From the NCBI GenBank assembly GCA_963665095.1, contig OY762069.1, forward strand, positions 3,328,001 to 3,392,000: DNA of 64,000 nt, in the 5' to 3' direction. Each line of letters begins with the position of its first letter. Within the stretch, counting starts at the first letter, position 1. The notes beneath the pieces are model-generated. The model was given only the letters and a program-made list of their open reading frames with translations. It was not told where the DNA came from and did not search any database. Both the position numbers and the translations under genes were made by a program. This document shows, one piece after another, positions 46,932 to 57,000 of this stretch. The stretch comes from an uncultured Desulfobacter sp. Its GTDB lineage: Bacteria; Desulfobacterota; Desulfobacteria; Desulfobacterales; Desulfobacteraceae.

Positions 46932-47738
46932 CTACAGTTCTGCCGCCACGGTATTTTCAAGAACGCCGATGCCTTCAATGTCAACTTCCACCCGGTCTCC
47001 CGGGACAAGATATTTGGGTGGTTTCCGGGTAAAACCCACGCCCTCGGGTGTGCCGGTGAGAATCAGGGTATCGGGCAGAAGCGTGCAGGACTGGGAGAGG
47101 TAAGATATAATCTGGGCCACGCTGAAGACCATGTCACTGGTGTTGCTCTGCTGCATGACGTCACCGTTTACCCGGCATTGGATGGCAAGGTTCTGGGGAT
47201 CAGCAATTTCATCCGGGGTCACCATGACCGGCCCTGCCGGACAGAAGGTGTCAAAGCTTTTTCCCTTGATCCACTGACCGGCACCGGCATGTTTCTGCCA
47301 CCGCCTTGCCGAGACATCATTGGCACAGGTATACCCCAGGACATAATCCAGGGCCTTGTCTTCGGGCACGTTCCTGGCTTCCTTTTTAATGATCACGGCC
47401 AGTTCAGCTTCATAATCCACCTCCGGCGGATCAGATGCGCATGCCGGTATGACAATGGCATCACCGTGGGCAGCCATGGCCCCGGGATTTTTCATGAATA
47501 CGGCCGGATATTTTGGAATTTCCAGCCCTGTTTCCAGGGCATGGCGCCGGTAATTAAGGCCAATGCAGATCACGGCCGAAGGTTCCACCACAGGTAAAAT
47601 CTTTTCAACACTTACCCGGTTCCCGGTGTTCCTGAAACTGTTGTCCCTGAACCGCTCCACCAGTGAGGCTGTGTGCCCGTCCCAGTCACATCCGGTAACA
47701 ACCATTCCCTGAAGCGTAACAAAATGAATAATCTTCAT
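46932..47738 (-). CDS. fumarylacetoacetate hydrolase family protein
   Basis: CIGLNY, DYEAELAVII, NDVSAR, KGKSFDTF, LTGTPEGVG. Confidence 0.93.
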   Translation of the reverse strand: MKIIHFVTLQGMVVTGCDWDGHTASLVERFRDNSFRNTGNRVSVEKILPVVEPSAVICIGLNYRRHALETGLEIPKYPAVFMKNPGAMAAHGDAIVIPACASDPPEVDYEAELAVIIKKEARNVPEDKALDYVLGYTCANDVSARRWQKHAGAGQWIKGKSFDTFCPAGPVMVTPDEIADPQNLAIQCRVNGDVMQQSNTSDMVFSVAQIISYLSQSCTLLPDTLILTGTPEGVGFTRKPPKYLVPGDRVEVDIEGIGVLENTVAAEL

Positions 47739-47812
47739 CTTAAGCGTCCTTTATTCTTGTTGGCTCTTAAGCTATATTCAGCCAGAAAGCATGATGCCGG
47801 CAAGGAAAAAAA

Positions 47813-48709
47813 ATGCAACCAATCTTCACAGGCACTATTCATAAAACAACCGACAGACAGAAGGCAGACCTTATTTTAGTCATCCTTGCCTCCCAGTCCG
47901 TCAAAGCGGTCATTGAAACCGATAAAAACGGCAGCTGCACCATTCTTGTGCAGGATGCCGATATCCGTGCAGCAGAAACACAGCTGGAATGGTACACAGA
48001 AGAGAATATTTCCGTTCAAAAGATCACCAGACAGCAGGCCACTGGCACATTTTTCTGCCCGGCCGCAGCAGCAACGGCCCTGTTCCTGGCCGGTATCCAC
48101 TACATACTTACCCATCAGGGCCTGTACCGGCAGGCCATTTTAAACTTTGGTTCATCTTCGTACTATCTGCATCAAGGCCAGACGTTCAGAGCTGTCACAG
48201 CCCTTTTTCTCCACAGCGGTGCCCGCCATCTTCTGGGCAATATGGCCGGCATCCTCGTGCTTGCCGGACCATTGCTGCGCCTGGCCGGCTATGGCAGGGG
48301 GCTGTTACTGCTGCTGGCCGCCGGCACCACCGGCAACCTGATATCTGAAAGTCTGGGCCGGGATGCAGGACTTTCCATTGGTGCCTCCACAGCTGTCATG
48401 GCAGCTGTCGGCCTTCTTGCAGCCCACCGCATGACGCTGGGCAATGGCTTTTCATATTCCATTTTTGCACGGCTCAAGGGGCTGGCACCGTTTGCTGCAG
48501 CCGCCACTATCGCCGCCATGTTCAGCCATGGGGAAAATACAGATGTGTCTGCCCATCTATTTGGTTTTCTTGCCGGCACCGGCATCGGCATTATTTATTT
48601 TCCCCTGTCCGGTCCACTGTCAGGGGCTATGGTGGAACGTTCATGCCTTGCCATTGTTTTTGTTGTCATGTGGACGGCATTTATTCAGGGGATGTGGGCC
48701 TTTTCTTAA
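47813..48709 (+). CDS. rhomboid family intramembrane serine protease
   Basis: FLHSGARHLLGNM, GAS, AHLFGF. Confidence 0.9.
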   Translation: MQPIFTGTIHKTTDRQKADLILVILASQSVKAVIETDKNGSCTILVQDADIRAAETQLEWYTEENISVQKITRQQATGTFFCPAAAATALFLAGIHYILTHQGLYRQAILNFGSSSYYLHQGQTFRAVTALFLHSGARHLLGNMAGILVLAGPLLRLAGYGRGLLLLLAAGTTGNLISESLGRDAGLSIGASTAVMAAVGLLAAHRMTLGNGFSYSIFARLKGLAPFAAAATIAAMFSHGENTDVSAHLFGFLAGTGIGIIYFPLSGPLSGAMVERSCLAIVFVVMWTAFIQGMWAFS

Positions 48710-48738
48710 ATAGCTTAAGATTCTTAGGACTACAGATG

Positions 48739-48872
48739 AAATAAGTTGATCAAAATTGCGCCGAACTTTGGCTCATATACAAGGCGCATGAAAGGCCTAA
48801 TAGCAGGCCTATTTGGCCTTTTATGCAACGCCGTAGATGAGCCAAAGGGCAAGTAATTTTGGTCAAGTTATA
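48739..48872. repeat. intergenic nested palindrome between convergent genes (REP-like)
   Basis: ttgatcaaaatt/aattttggtcaa, ctttggctcat/atgagccaaag, gcatgaaaggcc/ggccttttatgc. Confidence 0.6.
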
Positions 48873-48885
48873 AAATTTGTGGTCC

Positions 48886-49737
48886 TTAGATATTCACGCG
48901 GCCTTCAAAGGATTTTTCCGCCGGACCGGTTTTGAACAGATGCCCACTGGTTTCATCCCAGAAAATATCCAGATCCCCCCCTTCCAGATGAACAACCGCG
49001 CTGCGGCCCGTTCTGCCCGTCAGGTGGGCAGCAGTCAGGGCGGCACACGCCCCGGTGCCGCAGGCCAGGGTGATACCAACCCCGCGCTCCCAGACCCGCA
49101 TTTTCAACTCCCTGTCAGACACAACTTCAATAAATTCCACATTGGTTTTTTCAGGAAACACAGAATGGTTCTCAACCAGAGGGCCAAGTACACACACATC
49201 CACCATTGACAAATCATCCACAAAGATTACGGCATGGGGTACGCCGACACAGACGCAGGAAACGGCCACACTGCCCTGCCCTGTCTCAATGGGCACCTCA
49301 AGGGCCATCTCAAGATCACAATGGACGGGAACATCCCTGGGGGCAAGCTTTGGCGGCCCCATATCCACACACACGGCCACCAGGGTACCGTGATCATCTT
49401 TTTCAAGCCGGGGAATCACCGTGCCGGCCAGGGTCTGCACTGCGATCTCATCTTTGGCAAGGATGCCGGTCTCGTAGAGAAATTTTGCAAAACAGCGCAT
49501 GCCGTTGCCGCACATGTCAGCCTCACTGCCGTCTGAATTGAAAATTACATACCGGATATCATGGGTGTCAGACCTGCGGACAAAAATTAGCCCGTCAGCC
49601 CCGATGCCGAACCTGCGGTGACACAACTGCCGCGCCAGGTCGGAATAAGACCGACACTGTTCAATGGCCCGGTCCCGGTCGTCCACCAGAATAAAATCAT
49701 TGCCAATGCCGTGCATTTTCCAGAAATCTATGAACAT
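48886..49737 (-). CDS. dapF: diaminopimelate epimerase
   Basis: KMHGIGNDF, MCGNG, ERGVGITLACGTGACA. Confidence 0.96.
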   Translation of the reverse strand: MFIDFWKMHGIGNDFILVDDRDRAIEQCRSYSDLARQLCHRRFGIGADGLIFVRRSDTHDIRYVIFNSDGSEADMCGNGMRCFAKFLYETGILAKDEIAVQTLAGTVIPRLEKDDHGTLVAVCVDMGPPKLAPRDVPVHCDLEMALEVPIETGQGSVAVSCVCVGVPHAVIFVDDLSMVDVCVLGPLVENHSVFPEKTNVEFIEVVSDRELKMRVWERGVGITLACGTGACAALTAAHLTGRTGRSAVVHLEGGDLDIFWDETSGHLFKTGPAEKSFEGRVNI

Positions 49738-49780
49738 GGTACCATCCTCATTTTATCAGGCCTCTTTCTTTTGAACGGGA

Positions 49781-50911
49781 TCATTGATGCCGGGCCAGCA
49801 CCTCCAGGATTTGACCGCCCAGCGCTGCCACCTGCCATTTGCGGATACAGGCAATGCCCCCTAAATTTTCCAGGGTCACGGGATTTTCCTGAGCCACCTT
49901 GGCAATCAGGTTGTTGTTGATCAGAAATCCCGGTTCCATACCCAGAGAAACAGAGGCATCCTCCCGCATCTTTTTTAAGGCATTAATCCGGGCCAGTACC
50001 TTGGGGGTTTTTCTGGGCATACGGATTCTCGGAAAGGAGGGCAGATCTCGATGCGGCAGGGCCAGCGCCGTTTCAATGGCGTCCACACACAAAGTCCCAT
50101 ACATGCCGGCCTGCTTGGGGCTCAGCACTTTGAGCGCCAGGATTTCCGGCACGCTTCTCGGCCGGCGTGTGGCCATGGTCATGATGGACTGGTTTGACAT
50201 AATTTTAAACGGGGGCAGATCCTTTTTCTCTGCCTGGGACAAACGAACCCCAAGCAGGTGCTCAAGCACGGCAAGGCTGCGGTTGTCAAGCTTGCCGGCC
50301 CCTTTGAACCGCTTGAACAAAGGAAGGGTGTGGTTGTACTCATATTTGACTTTGGCCTGCAGCCCAAACTCCTCTTCTGCCCAGGCCAGGCGGCCTGCAT
50401 TCTCAAGCCGGCCCCTTAAGATATCATGCAACTCGGCAAGATTGGCCACATCCCCCACACTGTAGGCAATCATCTCATCCTTTAAAGGGCGCCTGGACCA
50501 GTCCACCTTCTGATATTTTTTATCCACATCAATGTTAAAAAACGACTTTAAAAGCGCACCTAAACCCCGTTCCTTAATATTAAGAAACCGGCAGGCTATC
50601 TCTGTGTCAAACAGACCGGCCACTTCAACAGACAATTCACGATCCAGGCTTCTGATATCAAAATCAGACCCGTGAAAGACTTTGATGATGCCTGAATCCT
50701 CAAGCACCCGGCACAGGGGTGAAAAATCACTGATGCAGAAAGGATCCACCAGATAGGCAAGGCTGCCGCCGGCAATCTGAATCAGGCATATTTTTTCAGA
50801 AAATGAGTGCATGGAATCCGCTTCCAGATCCACACCGATAATCTTATAGTTTTCAAGCTGCCGGCACGCCTGTGCCAGATCTTCATCTGTAGTTACAAAC
50901 TGATAAACCAC
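49781..50911 (-). CDS. rnd: ribonuclease D (3'-5' exonuclease + HRDC)
   Basis: VDLEAD, CLIQI, FDTEIA, DWSRRPL, HRDC DLPPFKIM. Confidence 0.85.
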   Translation of the reverse strand: MVYQFVTTDEDLAQACRQLENYKIIGVDLEADSMHSFSEKICLIQIAGGSLAYLVDPFCISDFSPLCRVLEDSGIIKVFHGSDFDIRSLDRELSVEVAGLFDTEIACRFLNIKERGLGALLKSFFNIDVDKKYQKVDWSRRPLKDEMIAYSVGDVANLAELHDILRGRLENAGRLAWAEEEFGLQAKVKYEYNHTLPLFKRFKGAGKLDNRSLAVLEHLLGVRLSQAEKKDLPPFKIMSNQSIMTMATRRPRSVPEILALKVLSPKQAGMYGTLCVDAIETALALPHRDLPSFPRIRMPRKTPKVLARINALKKMREDASVSLGMEPGFLINNNLIAKVAQENPVTLENLGGIACIRKWQVAALGGQILEVLARHQ

Positions 50912-51155
50912 CTTAGTTTTCCCTTGATTGTTTAAAGCACTTCTTTTAGTATTCTTTTTTTATATTTAACGGCTTTTAATTACAATGATTAATCATGAAC
51001 CCCTGATCATACTCCCCCAAGACCAAATGGGCAACCACATCAGGTATTCTATAAACGGTTCCGGACACTTCTTAAGGTTTCAACACCCGGGCAGGATCCG
51101 GAACAACGCATAAAAAACCAGACATAACTATTGGTTTTAAAACAGGAAACATACA

Positions 51156-53069
51156 ATGATTCAAATCACATTTCCGGATAATGCAGTAAAACAATTTGAT
51201 ACGCCGCCCACAGGCATGGATGTGGCCAAAAGCATTTCCGAAGGATTTGCACGTAACTGCGTGGCCATGAAAATAGACGGGAAGGCCCTTGATTTAACTA
51301 TGGTGATTGACAGGGACAGTGCTGTCAGTTTTATCACCGCCAATGATGGCGAAGGACTTGATATCCTTCGCCACTCCAGTGCCCATGTCATGGCCGAAGC
51401 GGTGCTCAACCTTTACCCGGATGCCAAACTGACCATCGGTCCCGTGGTGGAGGATGGGTTTTATTATGATATTGATATGCCGCCGGTCAGCGAGACAGAG
51501 CTTGAGACCATTGAGGCGGAGATGAAAAAAATCATCAAGGCCAAAGCGGGATTTGAACGGCGGGTGGTCACGCGCAAAGAAGCACTTGAGCTGTTTGCCG
51601 ACAACCCCTTCAAGGTGGAACTGATCAATGAACTGCCGGAAAATGAAGAAATCTCTTTGTACCGGAACGGCAAGTTTGTGGATCTGTGCCGCGGGCCCCA
51701 TATCCCCAACACCGGAATGATCAAAGGGGTGAAGCTGTTAAAAACCTCCGGGGCCTACTGGCGTGCGGACCAGTCACGGGAACAGCTGCAGCGCCTGTAC
51801 GGCATCTCCTTTTTTGACAAGAAAAAGCTCAATGCCTATCTCACCATGATTGAAGAGGCTAAAAAGCGGGATCACAGAAAGCTTGGCACCCGCCTGGATC
51901 TGTTCTCCTTCCATGACGAAGCACCGGGCATGCCCTTTTTCCATGCCAAAGGCATCGCCATGTGGAATGCGCTGCTTGATTACTGGCGCATGGAGCACAA
52001 AAAAGACGGGTATGTGGAGACCAAAACCCCGGTGATGATGACCAGAAAACTGTGGGAGCAAAGCGGCCACTGGGCAAACTACCGGGAGAACATGTACACC
52101 TCCACCATTGATGAAGAAGAGTATGCCATCAAACCCATGAACTGTCCCGGCGGCATGATTCTTTTCAAAACAAAGTCTCATTCATATAAGGACCTTCCCC
52201 ACAGGGCAGGCGAAATCGGCCTGGTCCACCGCCACGAATTTTCCGGCGCCCTTTCCGGGCTTTTCCGGGTCCGGGCCTTTCACCAGGATGATGCCCATAT
52301 CTTCATGACACCGGATCAGATCCAGGAAGAGGTTTTAGGCGTCCTGAAGCTGGCTGAACGGGTCTATGCCCGTTTCGGGCTCTCCTTTCACCTGGAACTG
52401 TCCACCCGCCCTGAAAAATCCATTGGCACGGATGAGCAGTGGGAAATGGCCACCAACGGGCTTCGTAATGCCATGGACGCCTATGGCAGAGAGTTCATGA
52501 TCAATGAGGGGGACGGTGCATTTTATGGTCCCAAAATTGACATCCATATTAAGGATGCCCTGGGAAGAACATGGCAGTGCGGCACAATTCAGCTGGACAT
52601 GGCGCTGCCCGAGCGGTTTGACCTGACCTACAAAGGGGCAGACAACGACAAGCACCGGCCCATCATGATCCATCGGGTCATTTACGGATCCATGGAACGG
52701 TTCTTCGGCATTCTGGTTGAACATTTTGCCGGCCGGTTCCCTTTGTGGCTGGCCCCGGTCCAGGCCGTGGTACTGCCCATTACCCAGGATCTGGCCCCCT
52801 ATGCCAAAGAGATTCAGCACCTTCTGGAAGTCCATGATATCCGGTGTGATGTGGATGAACGCAGTGAGACATTGAAAAAGAAAATCAGGGAAGCCCAGCT
52901 GGACTATATCCCCTTGATCCTCACTATTGGTGAGAAGGAAAAAGAGGAAAAGGTCCTGTCCGTACGCACCCTGGACGGCAAAGTGAAGATGGGCCTGAGT
53001 CATAAGGACTTTTTGACAAAGGTCTGCAGTCATATCAGGGAACGGGTACTGGAGGATATTGTCCTTTAA
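51156..53069 (+). CDS. thrS: threonine--tRNA ligase
   Basis: RHSSAHVMA, DLCRGPH, RDHRKLG, KPMNCPG, GAFYGPKID. Confidence 0.98.
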   Translation: MIQITFPDNAVKQFDTPPTGMDVAKSISEGFARNCVAMKIDGKALDLTMVIDRDSAVSFITANDGEGLDILRHSSAHVMAEAVLNLYPDAKLTIGPVVEDGFYYDIDMPPVSETELETIEAEMKKIIKAKAGFERRVVTRKEALELFADNPFKVELINELPENEEISLYRNGKFVDLCRGPHIPNTGMIKGVKLLKTSGAYWRADQSREQLQRLYGISFFDKKKLNAYLTMIEEAKKRDHRKLGTRLDLFSFHDEAPGMPFFHAKGIAMWNALLDYWRMEHKKDGYVETKTPVMMTRKLWEQSGHWANYRENMYTSTIDEEEYAIKPMNCPGGMILFKTKSHSYKDLPHRAGEIGLVHRHEFSGALSGLFRVRAFHQDDAHIFMTPDQIQEEVLGVLKLAERVYARFGLSFHLELSTRPEKSIGTDEQWEMATNGLRNAMDAYGREFMINEGDGAFYGPKIDIHIKDALGRTWQCGTIQLDMALPERFDLTYKGADNDKHRPIMIHRVIYGSMERFFGILVEHFAGRFPLWLAPVQAVVLPITQDLAPYAKEIQHLLEVHDIRCDVDERSETLKKKIREAQLDYIPLILTIGEKEKEEKVLSVRTLDGKVKMGLSHKDFLTKVCSHIRERVLEDIVL

Positions 53070-53162
53070 GCAGACCCTGACCGTGTTATTTTTCAGGGGC
53101 AGGCCGGTGTGTGCCTGCCCTTTTTCTTTCAGGCATTCACGGTTTGTATATCAGGAGATCAT

Positions 53163-54251
53163 ATGGCTGATTTTAGTGAGAAACTGGTGCAGATTCTCAA
53201 CTACGGCTCTCTGAACCTTGCGCTGGGCATGGGGTACGCCCTTGAGATTTTTGATGTGATGGACGATATAGGCAGGCCTTTAACCCTTGAGGCCCTTGCC
53301 CGGGAGACCGGCCTGAACCCGAGATATCTTAAAGAGTGGCTGGGCATCATGGTCACAGGCGGCATCATTGACATGTCAGAAGGCCGGGACCCGGAATCTG
53401 CGGACGGGGATGATACCTTTTTCCTTCCCCCGGCCCATGGGGATCTTTTATGCAGAAGAGCCGGGAACAACAATTTAGGCGTATATACCCAGGAAATCCC
53501 CCTGCTCACCACCTGCGCCATGGATGCGGTAAAACAGGGGTTTAAAACAGGCCAGGGTGTGCCCTTTTCCAATTACCCTGATTTCCAGGCATTCATGTCA
53601 GAACTGGCAAATGCCAAGCACCGTAAAGTGCTGATTCAGGAGTTTATCCCCTATGTGGATCAGGGCAGAGTGGAAAAGCGTCTTAGGGAAGGCATCCGGG
53701 TTTGTGATCTGGGCTGCGGCCAGGGCGTGGCCGTCTGCCTTATGGCCCAGGCCTTTTCCGAATCTGAATTTATCGGCATCGACACCCATGACCAGGCACT
53801 TCAAGCGGCCAGGGAACTGTCACAGTCCATGGAATTATCCAATATTGAATTCATCCATCAGGATGCGGCCCGGATCGGTGATGATCCGGCATTCAGCCGG
53901 CGGTTTGACTATGTGTGCGCCTTTGATGCCATTCATGACCAGTCCCATCCCCTGGATGCCCTTAAAGGGGTCAGATATATGCTTCGCCCCGGTGGTCTTT
54001 TTTCCATGGTAGACATCAAGGCGTCCACCTGCATTAAGGACAATACCGATCACCCCATGGGACCGTTTTTATATACCGTGAGCCTGATGCACTGCATGCC
54101 CGTCGGCCTGAACGACAACGGTTCCGGACTTGGCATGATGTGGGGAAAACAACAGGCCCTGGATCTGCTCAAGGAAGCGGGATTTTCAAAAGTGCAGGCC
54201 GAAGAGATCCCCAATGACGCTTTCAATCTCCACTTCCTGTGTACCCTGTAA
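53163..54251 (+). CDS. class I SAM-dependent methyltransferase with N-terminal wHTH
   Basis: VCDLGCGQG, AFDAIHDQ, YTVSLMHCM; AGGAG RBS. Confidence 0.88.
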   Translation: MADFSEKLVQILNYGSLNLALGMGYALEIFDVMDDIGRPLTLEALARETGLNPRYLKEWLGIMVTGGIIDMSEGRDPESADGDDTFFLPPAHGDLLCRRAGNNNLGVYTQEIPLLTTCAMDAVKQGFKTGQGVPFSNYPDFQAFMSELANAKHRKVLIQEFIPYVDQGRVEKRLREGIRVCDLGCGQGVAVCLMAQAFSESEFIGIDTHDQALQAARELSQSMELSNIEFIHQDAARIGDDPAFSRRFDYVCAFDAIHDQSHPLDALKGVRYMLRPGGLFSMVDIKASTCIKDNTDHPMGPFLYTVSLMHCMPVGLNDNGSGLGMMWGKQQALDLLKEAGFSKVQAEEIPNDAFNLHFLCTL

Positions 54252-54777
54252 AGAGTTGTCTGCACATTCAAATAAAACATTTTACACCGGACACGGCACC
54301 GGTCCGGATGCTCCCGCATACATGGCCTGCAGCATGCAGGCCCCATCAATGTTTTTGGCACTGGTCCCCGGATCAATCTGTGAAAAAGCACACCCATCGC
54401 ATGAGACAGGACTAAACATATGATTTCTGCGATGGAAAAATTCACCTGGAAAAACGTCGAATCGCTACGAAATGAAAATTCTTTTTGAAAGATCGTGTCT
54501 CTTGGTGTAAACTTTTCTATATTCTAAACCTGATACCATTTGAATTTGTTCTTTCTGGAAAACGCTCAGCATCGTTGGCCCGGATGCGTAGATGTGAATT
54601 GTAATTAAGGCGTCAATTCCTTAAAGCTCAAGTCTATCATTTGAACTGTTGCGAAAAATTAGGACACTCGCCACCATGGGGCAATGGCCGGCATATCTGT
54701 CTTAAGATATTTTCATGAAACAAGATATTTAAATTAAAGGGGATTTTCTTTTTCATATGGAAATTTTTGGAGGAAAT

Positions 54778-55704
54778 ATGGACAACAAACCAATTCTTAG
54801 AATCGGCTATCTAAATATCGCCGACCATCTTATTCTCGGTGTTACAGAAAGAAAAGTATTAAAGAAAGAGGAGGTGTTCAAATATCTTCACCTTGAAACC
54901 GTACCGTTCATCGACTGGCAGACGCTGAGTGTGGCGTTCTCAAGGGAGGAAATTAATGCCGCATTCATGCTGGCACCACTGGCCATGGATCACTTCAGAA
55001 AAGGAGAGGACATCCGGCTTGTCCTTTTAGGGCATCGCAACGGCAGTGTGCTGATCACCAACAAAGCTGCAAAAATAAAAAAAATGGAGGATCTAAAGGG
55101 AAAAGACATATTAATCCCTTATCATCTCTCCACACAAAATATACTGCTGCACAAACTGTTGAGTGACAGTGCTCTTGACGTGGGGATTGGAAAAGATGTG
55201 GAAGTGCAGACTGTGCCGCCGTCCAAAATGCCCACCTATGTTGAGATTGACACCCAGGGGGATATCGGGGGGTTCCTGGTGGCAGAGCCCTTTGGCACCA
55301 ATGTTATTGAAGCCGGACTTGGGGACGAATTTGAACTGTCCAAAAATATCTGGCCCGGTCATCCCTGCTGTGTGCTGGTTGTAAAAACAGATATTATCCG
55401 GTACTTTCCCAATGCCATTCAGGAGCTGACCAACAGTCTTGTCAAATCGGGCAGATTCATCAAGGACAACACCGAAGAGGCATCAAGAATAGGCGTTTTC
55501 TTTCTGAACCAGGACATTAATGTTGTGCGCAAGATACTGACAGCACCTGCCGACCGGATCACAACGGACCATCTGATGCCCAGCAGGAAAGATTTTGAAG
55601 AGATCCAGAACTATATTGTCAATGTCACAGGCAATATCTATGAAAAAATAGATCTGGATAAATTTATCTACACCGGTTTTGCCCATGAAGCCGGGGCAAC
55701 TTAG
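54778..55704 (+). CDS. CmpA/NrtA-type ABC substrate-binding-like protein (no signal peptide seen)
   Basis: RIGYLNIADHL, MLAPLA, VAEPFG, WPGHPCC. Confidence 0.8.
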   Translation: MDNKPILRIGYLNIADHLILGVTERKVLKKEEVFKYLHLETVPFIDWQTLSVAFSREEINAAFMLAPLAMDHFRKGEDIRLVLLGHRNGSVLITNKAAKIKKMEDLKGKDILIPYHLSTQNILLHKLLSDSALDVGIGKDVEVQTVPPSKMPTYVEIDTQGDIGGFLVAEPFGTNVIEAGLGDEFELSKNIWPGHPCCVLVVKTDIIRYFPNAIQELTNSLVKSGRFIKDNTEEASRIGVFFLNQDINVVRKILTAPADRITTDHLMPSRKDFEEIQNYIVNVTGNIYEKIDLDKFIYTGFAHEAGAT

Positions 55705-55844
55705 TCTGCACCGCCGCCCGGGGTATCATCCGGATATGGTGCTGGTTGAAAAATGACTGAGAATATCCATTGACTTTCTCTGCCGTCCATCTTATTTCAC
55801 TATAGTGAAATTTGAGTCACCCTATTCCATTAAGGAGCGGCAAG

Positions 55845-56987
55845 ATGGCGGCATTAATCATATTTTACCTGTTATTCCCAGCGGTTATTATTTACCTGTG
55901 CCTGCGATTCCCTTTGGCAGATAAAATCGGGATGATCATTCTGTGCTACGCCTCAGGTCTGATCCTCGGCAATATCAATATCCTGCCCGAAAACGCCGCC
56001 GGCATCCAGAATACCATCTGCGAAGCCACCGTGGCGCTTTCGCTGCCTTTGCTTCTTTTTTCCATGGATTTCAGGCTCTGGCTGGGTCTGGCCGGAAAGA
56101 CCATTCTCTCCATGGGACTTGCCATCCTATCCATTATCCTGGTGGCAACCGCCGGGTATCTGTGGATTCCCGGCATCACCCAGTGGCAGCTTGTGGGCAT
56201 GGCCGTTGGCGTCTACACCGGCGGCACCCCTAACCTGGCCGCCATAAAAACCGCCCTGAATATCGATCCTGATCTGTTTTTGTCCTTCAATGCCTACGAT
56301 ATTATTGCAGGGCTTTTGTGCATGGCCTTTTTCCTCACCATTGCCCAGCGCGTCTGCCTGATGTTCCTGCACCCCTTCAAACAGACCATGCAGACGGATG
56401 CGGCTGGTTGCGACCATGATGAGGGGACCCATGCCTTTGCAGGGATGCTCTTTCTGCCAAACCTGAAAGGCCAGGCAGCAGCGCTGTTGCTCTCTGCTGC
56501 CATTGTGGCGGTGTCAGCAGGTATCAGCGGGCTTTTCCCCAAAGACCAGGCCACAGCCGTTACCATTCTTTTTATTACCACCCTTGGCATTGCAGCCTCG
56601 TTTGTACCTAAAATCCGGCAGATAAAAAAAACGTTTCAGCTGGGCATGTTCCTGATCATGATCTTCTGCCTCACGGTCAGTTCCATGGCAAGTTTCGGAC
56701 AGCTGGCCAACCTGAATATTCCCATGATGTGTTATCTTCTGGTCTGTGTATTCGGTTCCATGGCGCTTCACGGACTTTTGTGCCGATTTTTCAACATTGA
56801 TGCGGACACATTTATCATCACATCTGCAGCGGCGATATGCTCCCCGCCCTTTGTACCCATGGTGGCAGCCGCGCTTAAAAACAGAGCCGTGATCCTGTCC
56901 GGACTGACAACGGGCATTGCAGGGTATGCCGTGGGAAATTACCTGGGCATCACCATTGCTCTGATCGTAAAACATTTTACTGTATGA
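55845..56987 (+). CDS. DUF819-type membrane protein
   Basis: multi-TM, YTGGTPNL, GYAVGNYLG. Confidence 0.75.
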   Translation: MAALIIFYLLFPAVIIYLCLRFPLADKIGMIILCYASGLILGNINILPENAAGIQNTICEATVALSLPLLLFSMDFRLWLGLAGKTILSMGLAILSIILVATAGYLWIPGITQWQLVGMAVGVYTGGTPNLAAIKTALNIDPDLFLSFNAYDIIAGLLCMAFFLTIAQRVCLMFLHPFKQTMQTDAAGCDHDEGTHAFAGMLFLPNLKGQAAALLLSAAIVAVSAGISGLFPKDQATAVTILFITTLGIAASFVPKIRQIKKTFQLGMFLIMIFCLTVSSMASFGQLANLNIPMMCYLLVCVFGSMALHGLLCRFFNIDADTFIITSAAAICSPPFVPMVAAALKNRAVILSGLTTGIAGYAVGNYLGITIALIVKHFTV

Positions 56988-57000
56988 GGGGAAATTATCC

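Noticed and set aside
51058..51104. Hairpin gttccgga…tccggaac upstream of thrS as T-box or tRNA-mimic operator
   Set aside because: No T-box consensus or convincing anticodon-like loop; too little evidence
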